The notes beneath the pieces are model-generated. The model was not told the origin of the DNA. It searched no databases and was given only the letters and a program-made list of their open reading frames with translations. A DNA stretch of 64,000 nucleotides from Candidatus Merdicola faecigallinarum (GTDB lineage: Bacteria; Bacillota; Clostridia; TANB77; CAG-508), in NCBI GenBank assembly GCA_018714565.1, contig DVNH01000010.1, forward strand, positions 4,563 through 68,562, in the 5' to 3' direction. A program made the position numbers and the translations under genes. Shown in pieces: positions 36,892-46,050 of this stretch; the stretch's first letter is position 1; each line of letters opens with the position of its first letter.

Positions 36892-37509
36892 TTATTGCTC
36901 CTTTTCAAGAAATAATTTATTTTCTCTAATATATTGTTCTACTTCATTTGGTAATAAATATTTAATGCTTTTCCCTCTTCGAACTAAATCCCTTACTAAG
37001 CTAGAACTTAAATTTAATCGAATCGGCTGTTCTACCTTTGTAAATGAATTTTTATATTGTTCTAAAAACGGATCTTGCTTTATTATTTCTTCCATATGAT
37101 CCTGATCTCTCTCTAATACAAAAATACGATACTCATTTACTAAACTTTCTGCCTCTTTCCACGTAGATAACTCTTTTAAGTTATCGGTTCCTATCATAAA
37201 ACAAATTTTATACATTGGATATTCTTTTTGAAACATTCTTAATGTTTCAATTGTATATAACGGTCTTGCTTGCTTTAGCTCAATATCAGATACAAAAAAA
37301 TGGCTATTTTTATCACATACCATTTTTAACATTTCAAATCGATATTGATTTGGTAATAGATCTCGTTTATGATATTTACTATTTACTGGCACAAAAATTA
37401 TTTTTTCAACATCTTTATATTCATCAATCATTTGCTCTGCTAATAAAAAGTGTGAATTTAACGGAGGATTGAATGATCCTCCAAATATAACAATTTTATT
37501 TTCTTCCAT
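36892..37509 (-). CDS. nadD: nicotinate-nucleotide adenylyltransferase
   Basis: IVIFGGSFNPPLNSH (the HxGH-type nucleotidyltransferase motif region). Confidence 0.9.
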   Translation of the reverse strand: MEENKIVIFGGSFNPPLNSHFLLAEQMIDEYKDVEKIIFVPVNSKYHKRDLLPNQYRFEMLKMVCDKNSHFFVSDIELKQARPLYTIETLRMFQKEYPMYKICFMIGTDNLKELSTWKEAESLVNEYRIFVLERDQDHMEEIIKQDPFLEQYKNSFTKVEQPIRLNLSSSLVRDLVRRGKSIKYLLPNEVEQYIRENKLFLEKEQ

Positions 37510-37533
37510 GAATATCCCTCTCTTTTACTATTC

Positions 37534-37648
37534 TATAAGAAAAGTGGCTTCGCCACATGTACAGATTACTTCGTAATCGCACAGACTAAGGTAACTTAAC
37601 CTTGTTGCTCCAGAAATTTCTTTCGAAATTTCCTATGCAATAAAAAAA
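37534..37648 (+). repeat. Copy 4 of the ~110-nt structured interspersed repeat
   Basis: TATAAGAAAAGTGGCTTCGCCACATGTACAGATTACTTCGTAATCGCACAGACTAAGGTAACTTAACCTTGTTGCTCCAGAAATTTCTTTCGAAATTTCCTATGCAATAAAAAAAGC. It lies between the mscS stop and the nadD start. Confidence 0.7.
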
Positions 37649-37710
37649 GCGAAATTCCTTTAAAGTGACTGTCAAAAACGTACACTTCTAGAAAAATCGC
37701 TTTTTATAAT

Positions 37711-38790
37711 TTACTCCTCTTCCTTTTCTTCGTTTTTTACAAATACAGTACTTGTTGGATATGCAATTTTTACATTTTCATGTTCTAATATTTCCATAAT
37801 ATTTCCATTAATTTTTTCCTTTGCATTTAAGTAGGTATCGTAATCCACAGAATTTGTAAAAACATAAATCATAATATTAATTCCGTCTGGCTTGATCGTA
37901 TCAAATTTTACATAAGTATCTTCATTTATTACATTTGGATGATTAATTAGCATAAAGTATATTTTACTTGTTACTCTTTTTACCACTTCCATTGGAGTAT
38001 CTAGATCTAATTTTATGTCTAATTTATATTTTCTTTTTTCCATCTTACTCCAATTGATGATTGATTCATTCGAAAGTACTCCATTTGGAATATTAACTAA
38101 TGAATTATCCCATGTACGAATACGTGTGCTACGAAATGTAATATCTTCTACAATTCCTTCAAAACTTGCTGTTTGCACCCAATCTCCTACCACAAATGGC
38201 TTATCTACAATTAGCATAAATCCACCAAATAAGTTTTTTGCCGTATCTTGTGCTGCTAGTGTTATAATAACACCTCCAACTCCAAATCCAGCTAAAATAC
38301 CATTAATATTAAATCCTAACCTCATGATTACTAACAAAACAGCTACAATGTATATAATTACTCGTATTAATTTATAAAAAAAGCTTAATCGATTATCATC
38401 CACATCCATTTTTAATTTTGCTTGAATTTTCTTTAATGTTTCAGAATCGGTTGTAAACATATTTCCAAAACCATTTGCAACTAATAAAATCACTATACTT
38501 TGAAAGATTTTATCAATCCACCCTACTACAACTTCTGGAAAACTTAATACTTTTGTTGCTAAATAAACTCCAAGCACTGTAAAAAAGATTTTTAATGGCC
38601 TATAAAAAGCTTTTTCTTTTATCTTCTCTTTCTCTTTTATTTTAATTTTAAATATCTTTACAATAATATAGGCTAGCGTTGAACTAATTAAATAAAAAAA
38701 TATAACAATACCAATTGCAATTAAAAAATTTATAATCTGTTTTAAATCGATATTTTTTATCCATTCTAGTATTTGGTTCATTTGGTCCAT
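37711..38790 (-). CDS. mechanosensitive ion channel (MscS family)
   Basis: Three to four TM helices followed by the MscS beta-domain (FVVGDWVQTASFEGIVEDITFRSTRIRTWDNSLVNIPNG). Confidence 0.85.
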   Translation of the reverse strand: MDQMNQILEWIKNIDLKQIINFLIAIGIVIFFYLISSTLAYIIVKIFKIKIKEKEKIKEKAFYRPLKIFFTVLGVYLATKVLSFPEVVVGWIDKIFQSIVILLVANGFGNMFTTDSETLKKIQAKLKMDVDDNRLSFFYKLIRVIIYIVAVLLVIMRLGFNINGILAGFGVGGVIITLAAQDTAKNLFGGFMLIVDKPFVVGDWVQTASFEGIVEDITFRSTRIRTWDNSLVNIPNGVLSNESIINWSKMEKRKYKLDIKLDLDTPMEVVKRVTSKIYFMLINHPNVINEDTYVKFDTIKPDGINIMIYVFTNSVDYDTYLNAKEKINGNIMEILEHENVKIAYPTSTVFVKNEEKEEE

Positions 38791-38813
38791 ATTTTCTTCT
38801 CCTTATTTTATTT

Positions 38814-38874
38814 TATAAGAAACTTAGGCCTTGTTGCTCCAGAAATTTATATCGAAGTTTCCTATATAATAAGA
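38814..38874 (+). repeat. Truncated copy 5 of the structured repeat (central ~50 nt deleted)
   Basis: TATAAGAAA + CTTAGGCCTTGTTGCTCCAGAAATTTATATCGAAGTTTCCTATATAATAAGAA. It keeps both element ends but lacks the two GAA-triloop hairpins. Confidence 0.55.
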
Positions 38875-39020
38875 ATTATATCATATTATTCCAAATAACA
38901 ATATCTCTTTCAAAGTTTTTTTTAATTGCTTCTAAATTTACTTTTTATCAATATGAAACGGAAAAGGAAGAGCTAGTTTAAGCTCTTCCTTTCTGACAGA
39001 CAAAAGATAAAATTTCACTA

Positions 39021-40931
39021 TTAAATTTTTAACGCAATTACACCACAAGGTGCTAATTTATCTTTTGTACTGTTATTGATATTATATACTACTTCTGCTT
39101 CTTTATATCTTTCCGGTACAGTAAGCGTTACCTCATGATCCGTTCGATTCGCGGCAAACCAAATTCCTTCTACGTCGTCTTCATCAAACCTCTCAAATGC
39201 AAAATATTCTGGCGTTATTTGATAGTTATCCGTTTCCGCTTGTTTCAAAAAAGGATATTTCTCACGAATCATACCGAACTCTTGGAAGAAAGAAATCAAT
39301 TCCTGCTCTTCTTCCACCTTATCCCATGGAAAAGATCCTCGGTTGACTAAATTTCCTAATCCTTCTTGGCCAACTTCATCTCCTAAAAAAATGCAAAAGT
39401 TTCCTGGAAGGAAAGCCAGTGTTGCAACATAAGGCTTTAACTTCATCTTTGCAGCTTCTCTCTCTTCTTGCGTAAGCTTATGTCTTTTTACCTCATCGCT
39501 TATATTGCTATACGGTAAATCCCATCCCCACTCTTTATCTTGTACAAAATCATCACAACCAAACAATTCGATTAATCTTGACATATCATGAGTGGAAGTG
39601 AAATTCATCAAAGAATGAAGTGTCTCACTTGGATATTCTGTTAGAACTTGTTTTAAACAATCTTCTAGCTTCGGTATATCATTATATTTAAAATAACGAA
39701 AAACACCATCTACTAAAAAATAATTCATAACAGAATGCATTGTAAAACCATTACCAACATAAGATCTTCCTTGACGCATTGGGTTTTTCCAAACCTCTCC
39801 CATTAAGAAGAAATCTTCCTTGTTTCGTGCACATGCTCCATTAATTCCTTCTATGAAAGGATCGGTTAACTCATCTGCGACATCCAATCTTAGACCATCA
39901 ATTCCCCATGAGAACATTTCATCAATCGTTCCTTCTGGTCCATAAATATATTGTTGCCATTCTTCAGAATTACCATCACATTCTGGAGTATTTAAGTGAC
40001 CCCACCAAAAGCAATATTCTCCTTTTTCATTTTTCTTGTAAAATGCATAATATGGAGATTCTTTACTCTGATAAGCTCCAACTTCTTCGAAAGTACCATA
40101 TTGGTTGAAATATTTACTATCATTTCCCGTATGATTAAACACTCCATCCAAAATAATGTGAATTCCTCTTTTATGTGCTTCTTTACAAAGATGTCTCATA
40201 TCCTCTTTTGTTCCCTTATAGGGATCGATTTCTCTATAATCGCTGGTATCATACCCATGGTTAGACTGAGCAAAATTAATTGGATTCAAATACAATAGTG
40301 TGATACCTAAAGATTGAATATAATCCAATTTTTGTTCCAATCCTTTTAAATTTCCCAAATAAAAATCTACATTCCAAAATCCATCTTTATTTGGTCCAAG
40401 TACTGGCGGTTCATTCCAGCTTTCGTGGATGGTACGGTGACTCATTTTTTCTGGTAGCTTCGCATCCTGTTTTCTTCTGTGTTCTCCTTTTTCTGCCTCT
40501 CTTTCACTATCCCAAAATCGGTCAACTATAATTTGCCCCATGATAACTCCTTTTGCATAATCCGGAGCCTTTAAGCATGGAGTAATATCCCAACATTCTC
40601 TTTGAGATATTTGATTTGGTCCTGTCCTTTTATTCTTTTTATAATAAAAGAACTGGCCATTTGCTTCATAGGAAAAGTAGATATAATAGGTCTGTCTTTT
40701 TTGTAGAGTGATATTGGTTTTAAAATATGCAAATGTATCATCTTTCTCTAGATAATCCATTTTTTGCACTCTTCTTACCCCTCCTTGTTTATCTCCCAGT
40801 GAAATTTTTACTCTTTCGATCCATCCAAATCGCATTGCAATCTGAAGGATAACCACGTACTCTATTTCAAATTCGTTTTCTCTTACTTGTTCCATTTTAA
40901 ATCGTATGTCTTTTTTTCCGTGTTCTATCAT
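39021..40931 (-). CDS. GH13 alpha-amylase-family glycoside hydrolase (neopullulanase / maltogenic-amylase-like)
   Basis: GH13 conserved regions: DGVFNH (region I), GIDGLRLDVADEL (II), FLMGEVW (III) and FTSTHD (IV). There is an N-terminal extension domain. Confidence 0.8.
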   Translation of the reverse strand: MIEHGKKDIRFKMEQVRENEFEIEYVVILQIAMRFGWIERVKISLGDKQGGVRRVQKMDYLEKDDTFAYFKTNITLQKRQTYYIYFSYEANGQFFYYKKNKRTGPNQISQRECWDITPCLKAPDYAKGVIMGQIIVDRFWDSEREAEKGEHRRKQDAKLPEKMSHRTIHESWNEPPVLGPNKDGFWNVDFYLGNLKGLEQKLDYIQSLGITLLYLNPINFAQSNHGYDTSDYREIDPYKGTKEDMRHLCKEAHKRGIHIILDGVFNHTGNDSKYFNQYGTFEEVGAYQSKESPYYAFYKKNEKGEYCFWWGHLNTPECDGNSEEWQQYIYGPEGTIDEMFSWGIDGLRLDVADELTDPFIEGINGACARNKEDFFLMGEVWKNPMRQGRSYVGNGFTMHSVMNYFLVDGVFRYFKYNDIPKLEDCLKQVLTEYPSETLHSLMNFTSTHDMSRLIELFGCDDFVQDKEWGWDLPYSNISDEVKRHKLTQEEREAAKMKLKPYVATLAFLPGNFCIFLGDEVGQEGLGNLVNRGSFPWDKVEEEQELISFFQEFGMIREKYPFLKQAETDNYQITPEYFAFERFDEDDVEGIWFAANRTDHEVTLTVPERYKEAEVVYNINNSTKDKLAPCGVIALKI

Positions 40932-41114
40932 ATTGATCTCCTTTCTTAATTAAAAAAGAATTCTTCCCTTCAAAAACACCACTTTTCCTAGTTTATACTT
41001 TATTATGAATTTTTTCATTTGTCAATGCGTTCTTTATGCCAAAAAACGATATAAAACTAAAAGAATTACTCTCTAAGTTTTATATCGTCCTTTTACTTAT
41101 TTATTTTTTGTTTC

Positions 41115-42776
41115 TTATTTTAATGCTTTTTTTGCTAATTCAAATCTTTTCTCTATCTTTTCTTTTCCTAATATTTGCATAATCTCATACATATCTGGAG
41201 TATTCGTTCTTCCCGTTAGCGCCACACGAAGTACTGTACTTACATCTCCCACATGTCCTGGATAAGCATCTGGATTTGCTTTATATTCTTTCACTTCTTT
41301 TGCATACCCTAAACTTCCTGCCAATTCTTTGATTCGATCAAACCAAGTTTGTTTATCATCTTCTGGATGATAATATTCTTTCATATAGGCATCCAAAATT
41401 TCTTTTACCTTATCTGAAGTAGAAATTGTTTGATAAGGATACTCATGTTTTTTGGCTTCGAAAAGAGATTCATACATATATTCTGTTTCTTGCAAAACAT
41501 CAGACCATTTTGCAATATCTTTACGAGGTTTTTTATTTCCTCTTTCAATATTAAATACACGTATACTATATTCTTTGTTTTCTTCCAATAATTTTCTAAG
41601 TGTTTCATCATATTTACATGCCCATTGATAGCTTTCCTCATATACTTTTTCTGCTGTATATTTTGAGATAATCGTTTTTGATATATCTAAGATTTTTACC
41701 ATATCAAATAAAGCTCCACTTACACTCATCTTGTTTATTTGAAGATCAAATTCATCTACTGATTTATCTGGATTTGCTCTTCTCCAACTTTCAAAGTTTG
41801 AATTTGCAATATTATATAAATATTCAACAACTGCCTCTTTTGGAATTCCCAATTCAGTGTAATAACTAACTGCTGCTTCTGGATCTTTACGTTTGCTTAA
41901 CTTTCTTTTATTTCCACCATCTTCTTTCATAATTGGTGCAATATGAGCATATTTAGGGGCTTTAAAACCTAACATAGAAAATAATTGTAAGTGTAAAGGT
42001 ATGGAGGATAACCATTCATCTCCACGAATAACTAATGTTGTTTTCATTAAATGATCATCTACTGCATGAGCAAAGTGATAAGTTGGAAGTCCATCTGCTT
42101 TAATAATAACAATATCTTGATCATTTTCTGGAAAATCCACATTTCCCTTAATTACATCATGATGTTTTATTTTTCGATCTTCTCTTCCTGGTGATTTTAA
42201 ACGAACAATATATGGTTTTCCTTCTTTTATTTTTTGTACCATTTCTTCAACAGTTAAATTTCTACATTTTGCCCATACTCCATAATACCCTGGACGAATT
42301 TTGGCTGTTTCTTGTTTTGTTCTCATCTCTTCTAGATCTTCTGGAGTACAAAAACAAGGATATGCTTTTCCCTGCTCGATTAAATATTTAGCATAAGCTT
42401 GATAAATATCTTTTCTTAATGATTGTTTATATGGTCCATAACTTCCTTTTTCAGAATTTTCTCCTGTCATTCCTTCATCTGCTTCTAATCCAAAGTCTTT
42501 TAGAGAAGTTACAATTTCTGTTACTCCATTTTCTACTTCTCTTTTTTGATCCGTATCTTCAATTCTTAAAAAGAAAAGTCCTTTCGTTTGTTTTGCTACT
42601 TTTTGTGCAATTACTACTTGATACAAAGAACCTAAATGAACAAATCCTGTTGGACTTGGTGCAAAACGTGTTACTACCGCACCTTCTGGTAAGTTTCTTT
42701 CTGGATATTGTTTCTCGTATTCTTCAATTGGTTTTGCATTTGGAAAAATTAAATCAGCTAATTCTTTATAATCCAT
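41115..42776 (-). CDS. gltX: glutamate--tRNA ligase
   Basis: Class I aaRS with PSPTGFVHLGSLYQ (HIGH-like) and KLSKRK (KMSKS). At 553 aa it is somewhat longer than typical. Confidence 0.85.
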   Translation of the reverse strand: MDYKELADLIFPNAKPIEEYEKQYPERNLPEGAVVTRFAPSPTGFVHLGSLYQVVIAQKVAKQTKGLFFLRIEDTDQKREVENGVTEIVTSLKDFGLEADEGMTGENSEKGSYGPYKQSLRKDIYQAYAKYLIEQGKAYPCFCTPEDLEEMRTKQETAKIRPGYYGVWAKCRNLTVEEMVQKIKEGKPYIVRLKSPGREDRKIKHHDVIKGNVDFPENDQDIVIIKADGLPTYHFAHAVDDHLMKTTLVIRGDEWLSSIPLHLQLFSMLGFKAPKYAHIAPIMKEDGGNKRKLSKRKDPEAAVSYYTELGIPKEAVVEYLYNIANSNFESWRRANPDKSVDEFDLQINKMSVSGALFDMVKILDISKTIISKYTAEKVYEESYQWACKYDETLRKLLEENKEYSIRVFNIERGNKKPRKDIAKWSDVLQETEYMYESLFEAKKHEYPYQTISTSDKVKEILDAYMKEYYHPEDDKQTWFDRIKELAGSLGYAKEVKEYKANPDAYPGHVGDVSTVLRVALTGRTNTPDMYEIMQILGKEKIEKRFELAKKALK

Positions 42777-42923
42777 ATTTTCTCCCTCTTTTCTTAAAAC
42801 ATGTCCCTATTATAGCAGAAATTCTTTGAAATAACAATTCATTTCGCATATTTCAATGAAAAAGAATATATTCTTTTATCCGAAAGTTATTTGGTAGTGA
42901 ATTTCTTTATTATCAACAAATAC

Positions 42924-42955
42924 AAAATACCAAGCCTTTAAAAGCTTGGTATTTT
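42924..42955. terminator. Terminator after rnj
   Basis: AAAATACCAAGC / GCTTGGTATTTT 12-bp stem with T-rich flanks on both strands. Confidence 0.5.
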
Positions 42956-42965
42956 AGCATTTTTA

Positions 42966-44900
42966 TTATATTTCCATAATAATCGGTAAAATCATTGGAT
43001 TTCTCTTTGTTTTTTGGAAAATATAATCTTTTAAATTATCTCTTAAATTTGATTTAATTGTTGACCAATCTGTAATGTGTTTTTCTTCACATTTTGCAAT
43101 TTCATTTTTAATTACACTTTTTACTTCATCCATTAGATTTTCTGATTCTCTTACATAAACGAATCCTCTTGAAATAACATCTGGTCCTGCAATAATCGTT
43201 CCGCTATTCGAATCCATTGTCATAACAATAATAATTAATCCATCTTGTGATAAATGTTGGCGATCACGAAGTACAATATTTCCAACATCTCCGATTCCCA
43301 AACCATCTACTAAAATTCTTCCAGATGGTACTGTTCCTGTTAATTTTCCTTCTTTCTCATTCAACTCTAATATTCTTCCATTTGTCATCATAAAGATATG
43401 ATCTTTATCAATTCCCATTTCTTTTGCAGTTTCACTATGAGCCATTAATTGTCTGTATTCCCCATGTACTGGTATAAAATATTTTGGTTTTACTAATGCT
43501 AACATTAATTTTTGTTCTTCTTGACAAGCATGGCCTGAAACGTGAATATCTGCTAAAGCACTATATACAACTTCTGCTCCAATTTGCATTAGATCATCAA
43601 TTACTTTTGATACTAATTTTTCATTTCCTGGAATTGGGTTAGCTGAAATGATAATTAAATCATTTGGAGTAATTTCTACTTTTCGATGCTCTCCTGCTGC
43701 CATTCTAGTTAAAGCAGACATTGTTTCTCCTTGGCTTCCTGTTGTAATAATCACTAATTGTTCATCTGTATAATTTTTGATCATATCAATATCAATAAAT
43801 ACATTATCCGGTGCTTTTATATAATCCAATTCTCTTGCTGTATTAATCATGTTAATCATACTTCTTCCACAAACAGCAATTTTTCTTTTATGACGAACAG
43901 CAGAATTTACAATTTGCTGTACTCGATGAACATTGGATGCAAATGTTGCAACTACAATTCTTTTCGTACAATTTTGGAATAATCTCTCAAATACATCTCC
44001 TACTGTTTTTTCAGACATAGTATAACCTTTTCTTTCTGCATTTGTACTGTCTGACATTAACGCTAATACACCATTATTTCCGATTTCTGCCAAACGATTA
44101 AAATCCATTAATTGTCCATCAATTGGCGTATAGTCAATTTTAAAGTCTCCTGTATGCACAATTGTTCCTGCTTTTGTTGTAATTGCAAGTGCAACAGAAT
44201 CTGGAATACTATGAGAACTACGAATGAATTCTACACGGAATTTTCCAAGTGTAATTGTTTGTCCTTGTTTTACTTCTACCAACTTCGTAGAACGTAATAA
44301 TTTATGTTCTTCTAATTTATTTTTTATTAACCCACAGGTTAGTCTTGTTGCATAAATTGGGATATTTATTTGTTTTAAAAAATATGGAATCGATCCAATA
44401 TGATCTTCATGCCCATGAGTAATTACCATTCCTTTTATTTTTTCTTTATTTCGTTCTAGATAAGTAACATCTGGGATTACTAAGTCTACCCCTAACATTT
44501 CATCTTCCGGAAAAGCAATTCCACAATCTACAATAATCATTTCATTGTCATATTCAAAAACAGTAATATTTTTACCTACTTCGTGTAATCCTCCAAGTGG
44601 GATAATTTTAATTGTTTCTGGTTTAAAATCAAATCCCTTTTTCTTATCTGCTTTTCCTTTTTGCATTTTTCGATTTGTATTTTTATGATTTTCTACTATT
44701 TCTACTGTTTTTTCATTTCCATTATTTACGACTTCTTCTTTATTTTGAATTTCTTTTTCCACATTCTTTTTTTCTACATTTTTATAATTTTTCTTTCTTC
44801 CTCTTGTTTTTTTCTTTCCTTCTGCTTTTCCATTTACAGCAGTTTTTATTTCTTCTGTCATAATTTCACTCCTTTTCTTTCTATTTTTAACTCTATGCAA
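42966..44900 (-). CDS. rnj: ribonuclease J (metallo-beta-lactamase / beta-CASP) with ~85-aa lysine-rich N-terminal extension
   Basis: IKIIPLGGLHEVGKN and HGHEDHIGSIPYF motifs, plus the beta-CASP and C-terminal domains. The true start might instead be the internal Met (MQKGKADKKK). Confidence 0.85.
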   Translation of the reverse strand: MHRVKNRKKRSEIMTEEIKTAVNGKAEGKKKTRGRKKNYKNVEKKNVEKEIQNKEEVVNNGNEKTVEIVENHKNTNRKMQKGKADKKKGFDFKPETIKIIPLGGLHEVGKNITVFEYDNEMIIVDCGIAFPEDEMLGVDLVIPDVTYLERNKEKIKGMVITHGHEDHIGSIPYFLKQINIPIYATRLTCGLIKNKLEEHKLLRSTKLVEVKQGQTITLGKFRVEFIRSSHSIPDSVALAITTKAGTIVHTGDFKIDYTPIDGQLMDFNRLAEIGNNGVLALMSDSTNAERKGYTMSEKTVGDVFERLFQNCTKRIVVATFASNVHRVQQIVNSAVRHKRKIAVCGRSMINMINTARELDYIKAPDNVFIDIDMIKNYTDEQLVIITTGSQGETMSALTRMAAGEHRKVEITPNDLIIISANPIPGNEKLVSKVIDDLMQIGAEVVYSALADIHVSGHACQEEQKLMLALVKPKYFIPVHGEYRQLMAHSETAKEMGIDKDHIFMMTNGRILELNEKEGKLTGTVPSGRILVDGLGIGDVGNIVLRDRQHLSQDGLIIIVMTMDSNSGTIIAGPDVISRGFVYVRESENLMDEVKSVIKNEIAKCEEKHITDWSTIKSNLRDNLKDYIFQKTKRNPMILPIIMEI

Positions 44901-45395
44901 AAAAATAAATTAGCTCAAATAATATTTGAAACTAATTGATCCTTCTTTAAATTTCTTTACAAGAAAAGCAGCTCTGCCACCCTTACTTTTCCTTCCATCC
45001 TTACTATTTAAGAATGAATTCTTTTAAACAGCACGATTATTGTATTTTTAGATCATAAAATATCTCTTTCTCATAAATATCTAAAAATACAAAATGAAAT
45101 ATTTATTTCTCATCTTAAAATATACGCTTTCATTCATATTTTAAATCTTCTCTTATTATTTTCATTTTTTAAATCGTAACTTATTTTCTATGCACCTTTT
45201 CCGTTCTCTTCTCTTTTTTATACATAGATTTTAAAATTTAATTTCCGAATCAATCTCTTAATTATTATCTGTATTTATTTATTTTTTCATACATAAAACT
45301 AAAATCTCATTCTTTTTATCCCTCTTGGATAACAACTGTGATCTATTATACTACACATTTTTCCATTTGTCAAACTTCTATCATTAGAACCATTG

Positions 45396-45424
45396 TTTGC
45401 ATTTTTATCTATTTTGTGCTATAA
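45396..45424 (+). promoter_or_regulatory. Strong sigma-A promoter with extended -10
   Basis: TTGCAT, a 17-nt spacer, then TGcTATAAT, 54 nt upstream of the 45478 ATG. An AAAGGAG RBS precedes the gene. Confidence 0.5.
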
Positions 45425-45477
45425 TATATATATTTAAACAAAGTTGAATAAGGGGTTTACGAAAGGAGACTACTACT

Positions 45478-45990
45478 ATGAAAAAAAGAACAACTAAAAA
45501 AGAAGCTTGGTGCAACCGGATGATTATTTTAACTGTAAGTTTATTCATTATTTGGCTTTCTTTTCAGTTTTTCTCAGCAGCTTTTGATTTAGCGTCAAAT
45601 AGAGATGCTATTAAATATTTGAATCAATATGCAAACTGGGATTTAACTGACCATCAGCTGTATGACCAGTATGAAGAGAACATCGAAAACATCTCCCGTA
45701 GTTCCGACATCGGACAATGGATGGTGGAATCTGGTTCCACTTATACAGGACAAATCGTTCGATTTGCTGTACTCGCTGGATTTGTTGTTGTAGATTTCTT
45801 CGCAATCTATCTAATTGCTAGCCTTATAAAAATGATCATTCTCGACTGTCTTCATCATCTCTTTGGAGGAAAGCTCGCACAGTCCAAAATGGATTTCCGA
45901 ATTTCTATCAAAGAAATTTCAAGACAGCGCCGGAAAGCAAAATTCAAAAGAAATTCCAAGCATCTTACAAACAACCGCAGGGCTTCCTAA
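45478..45990 (+). CDS. Small two-TM membrane protein with basic C-terminal tail, GC-rich
   Basis: MKKRTTKKEAWCNRMIILTVSLFIIWLSF..., NWDL after TM1, a second TM, then a RQRRKAKFKRNSKHLTNNRRAS tail. It has in-frame CGG codons at two places. It is the only sizeable plus-strand gene in this part of the window. Confidence 0.5.
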   Translation: MKKRTTKKEAWCNRMIILTVSLFIIWLSFQFFSAAFDLASNRDAIKYLNQYANWDLTDHQLYDQYEENIENISRSSDIGQWMVESGSTYTGQIVRFAVLAGFVVVDFFAIYLIASLIKMIILDCLHHLFGGKLAQSKMDFRISIKEISRQRRKAKFKRNSKHLTNNRRAS

Positions 45991-46018
45991 GCCCTGCGGC
46001 TTCCCTTTGTGTTTATTT
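45975..46018. terminator. Bidirectional terminator; the stop codon of the 45478 gene lies in the hairpin loop
   Basis: CCGCAGGGC-ttcctaa-GCCCTGCGG followed by CTTCCCTTTGTGTTTATTTC. It sits between convergent genes. Confidence 0.55.
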
Positions 46019-46050
46019 CATCCTTTTATTTTCTTCTTTCTTTGTGATTA

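Noticed and set aside
42777-42965. T-box riboswitch leaders upstream of gltX and aspS
   Set aside because: There is no AATTAGGGTGGTACCGCG-like T-box sequence and no specifier-loop architecture in the gltX leader. The aspS upstream region is cut by the window edge and is occupied by a divergent promoter and gene start.
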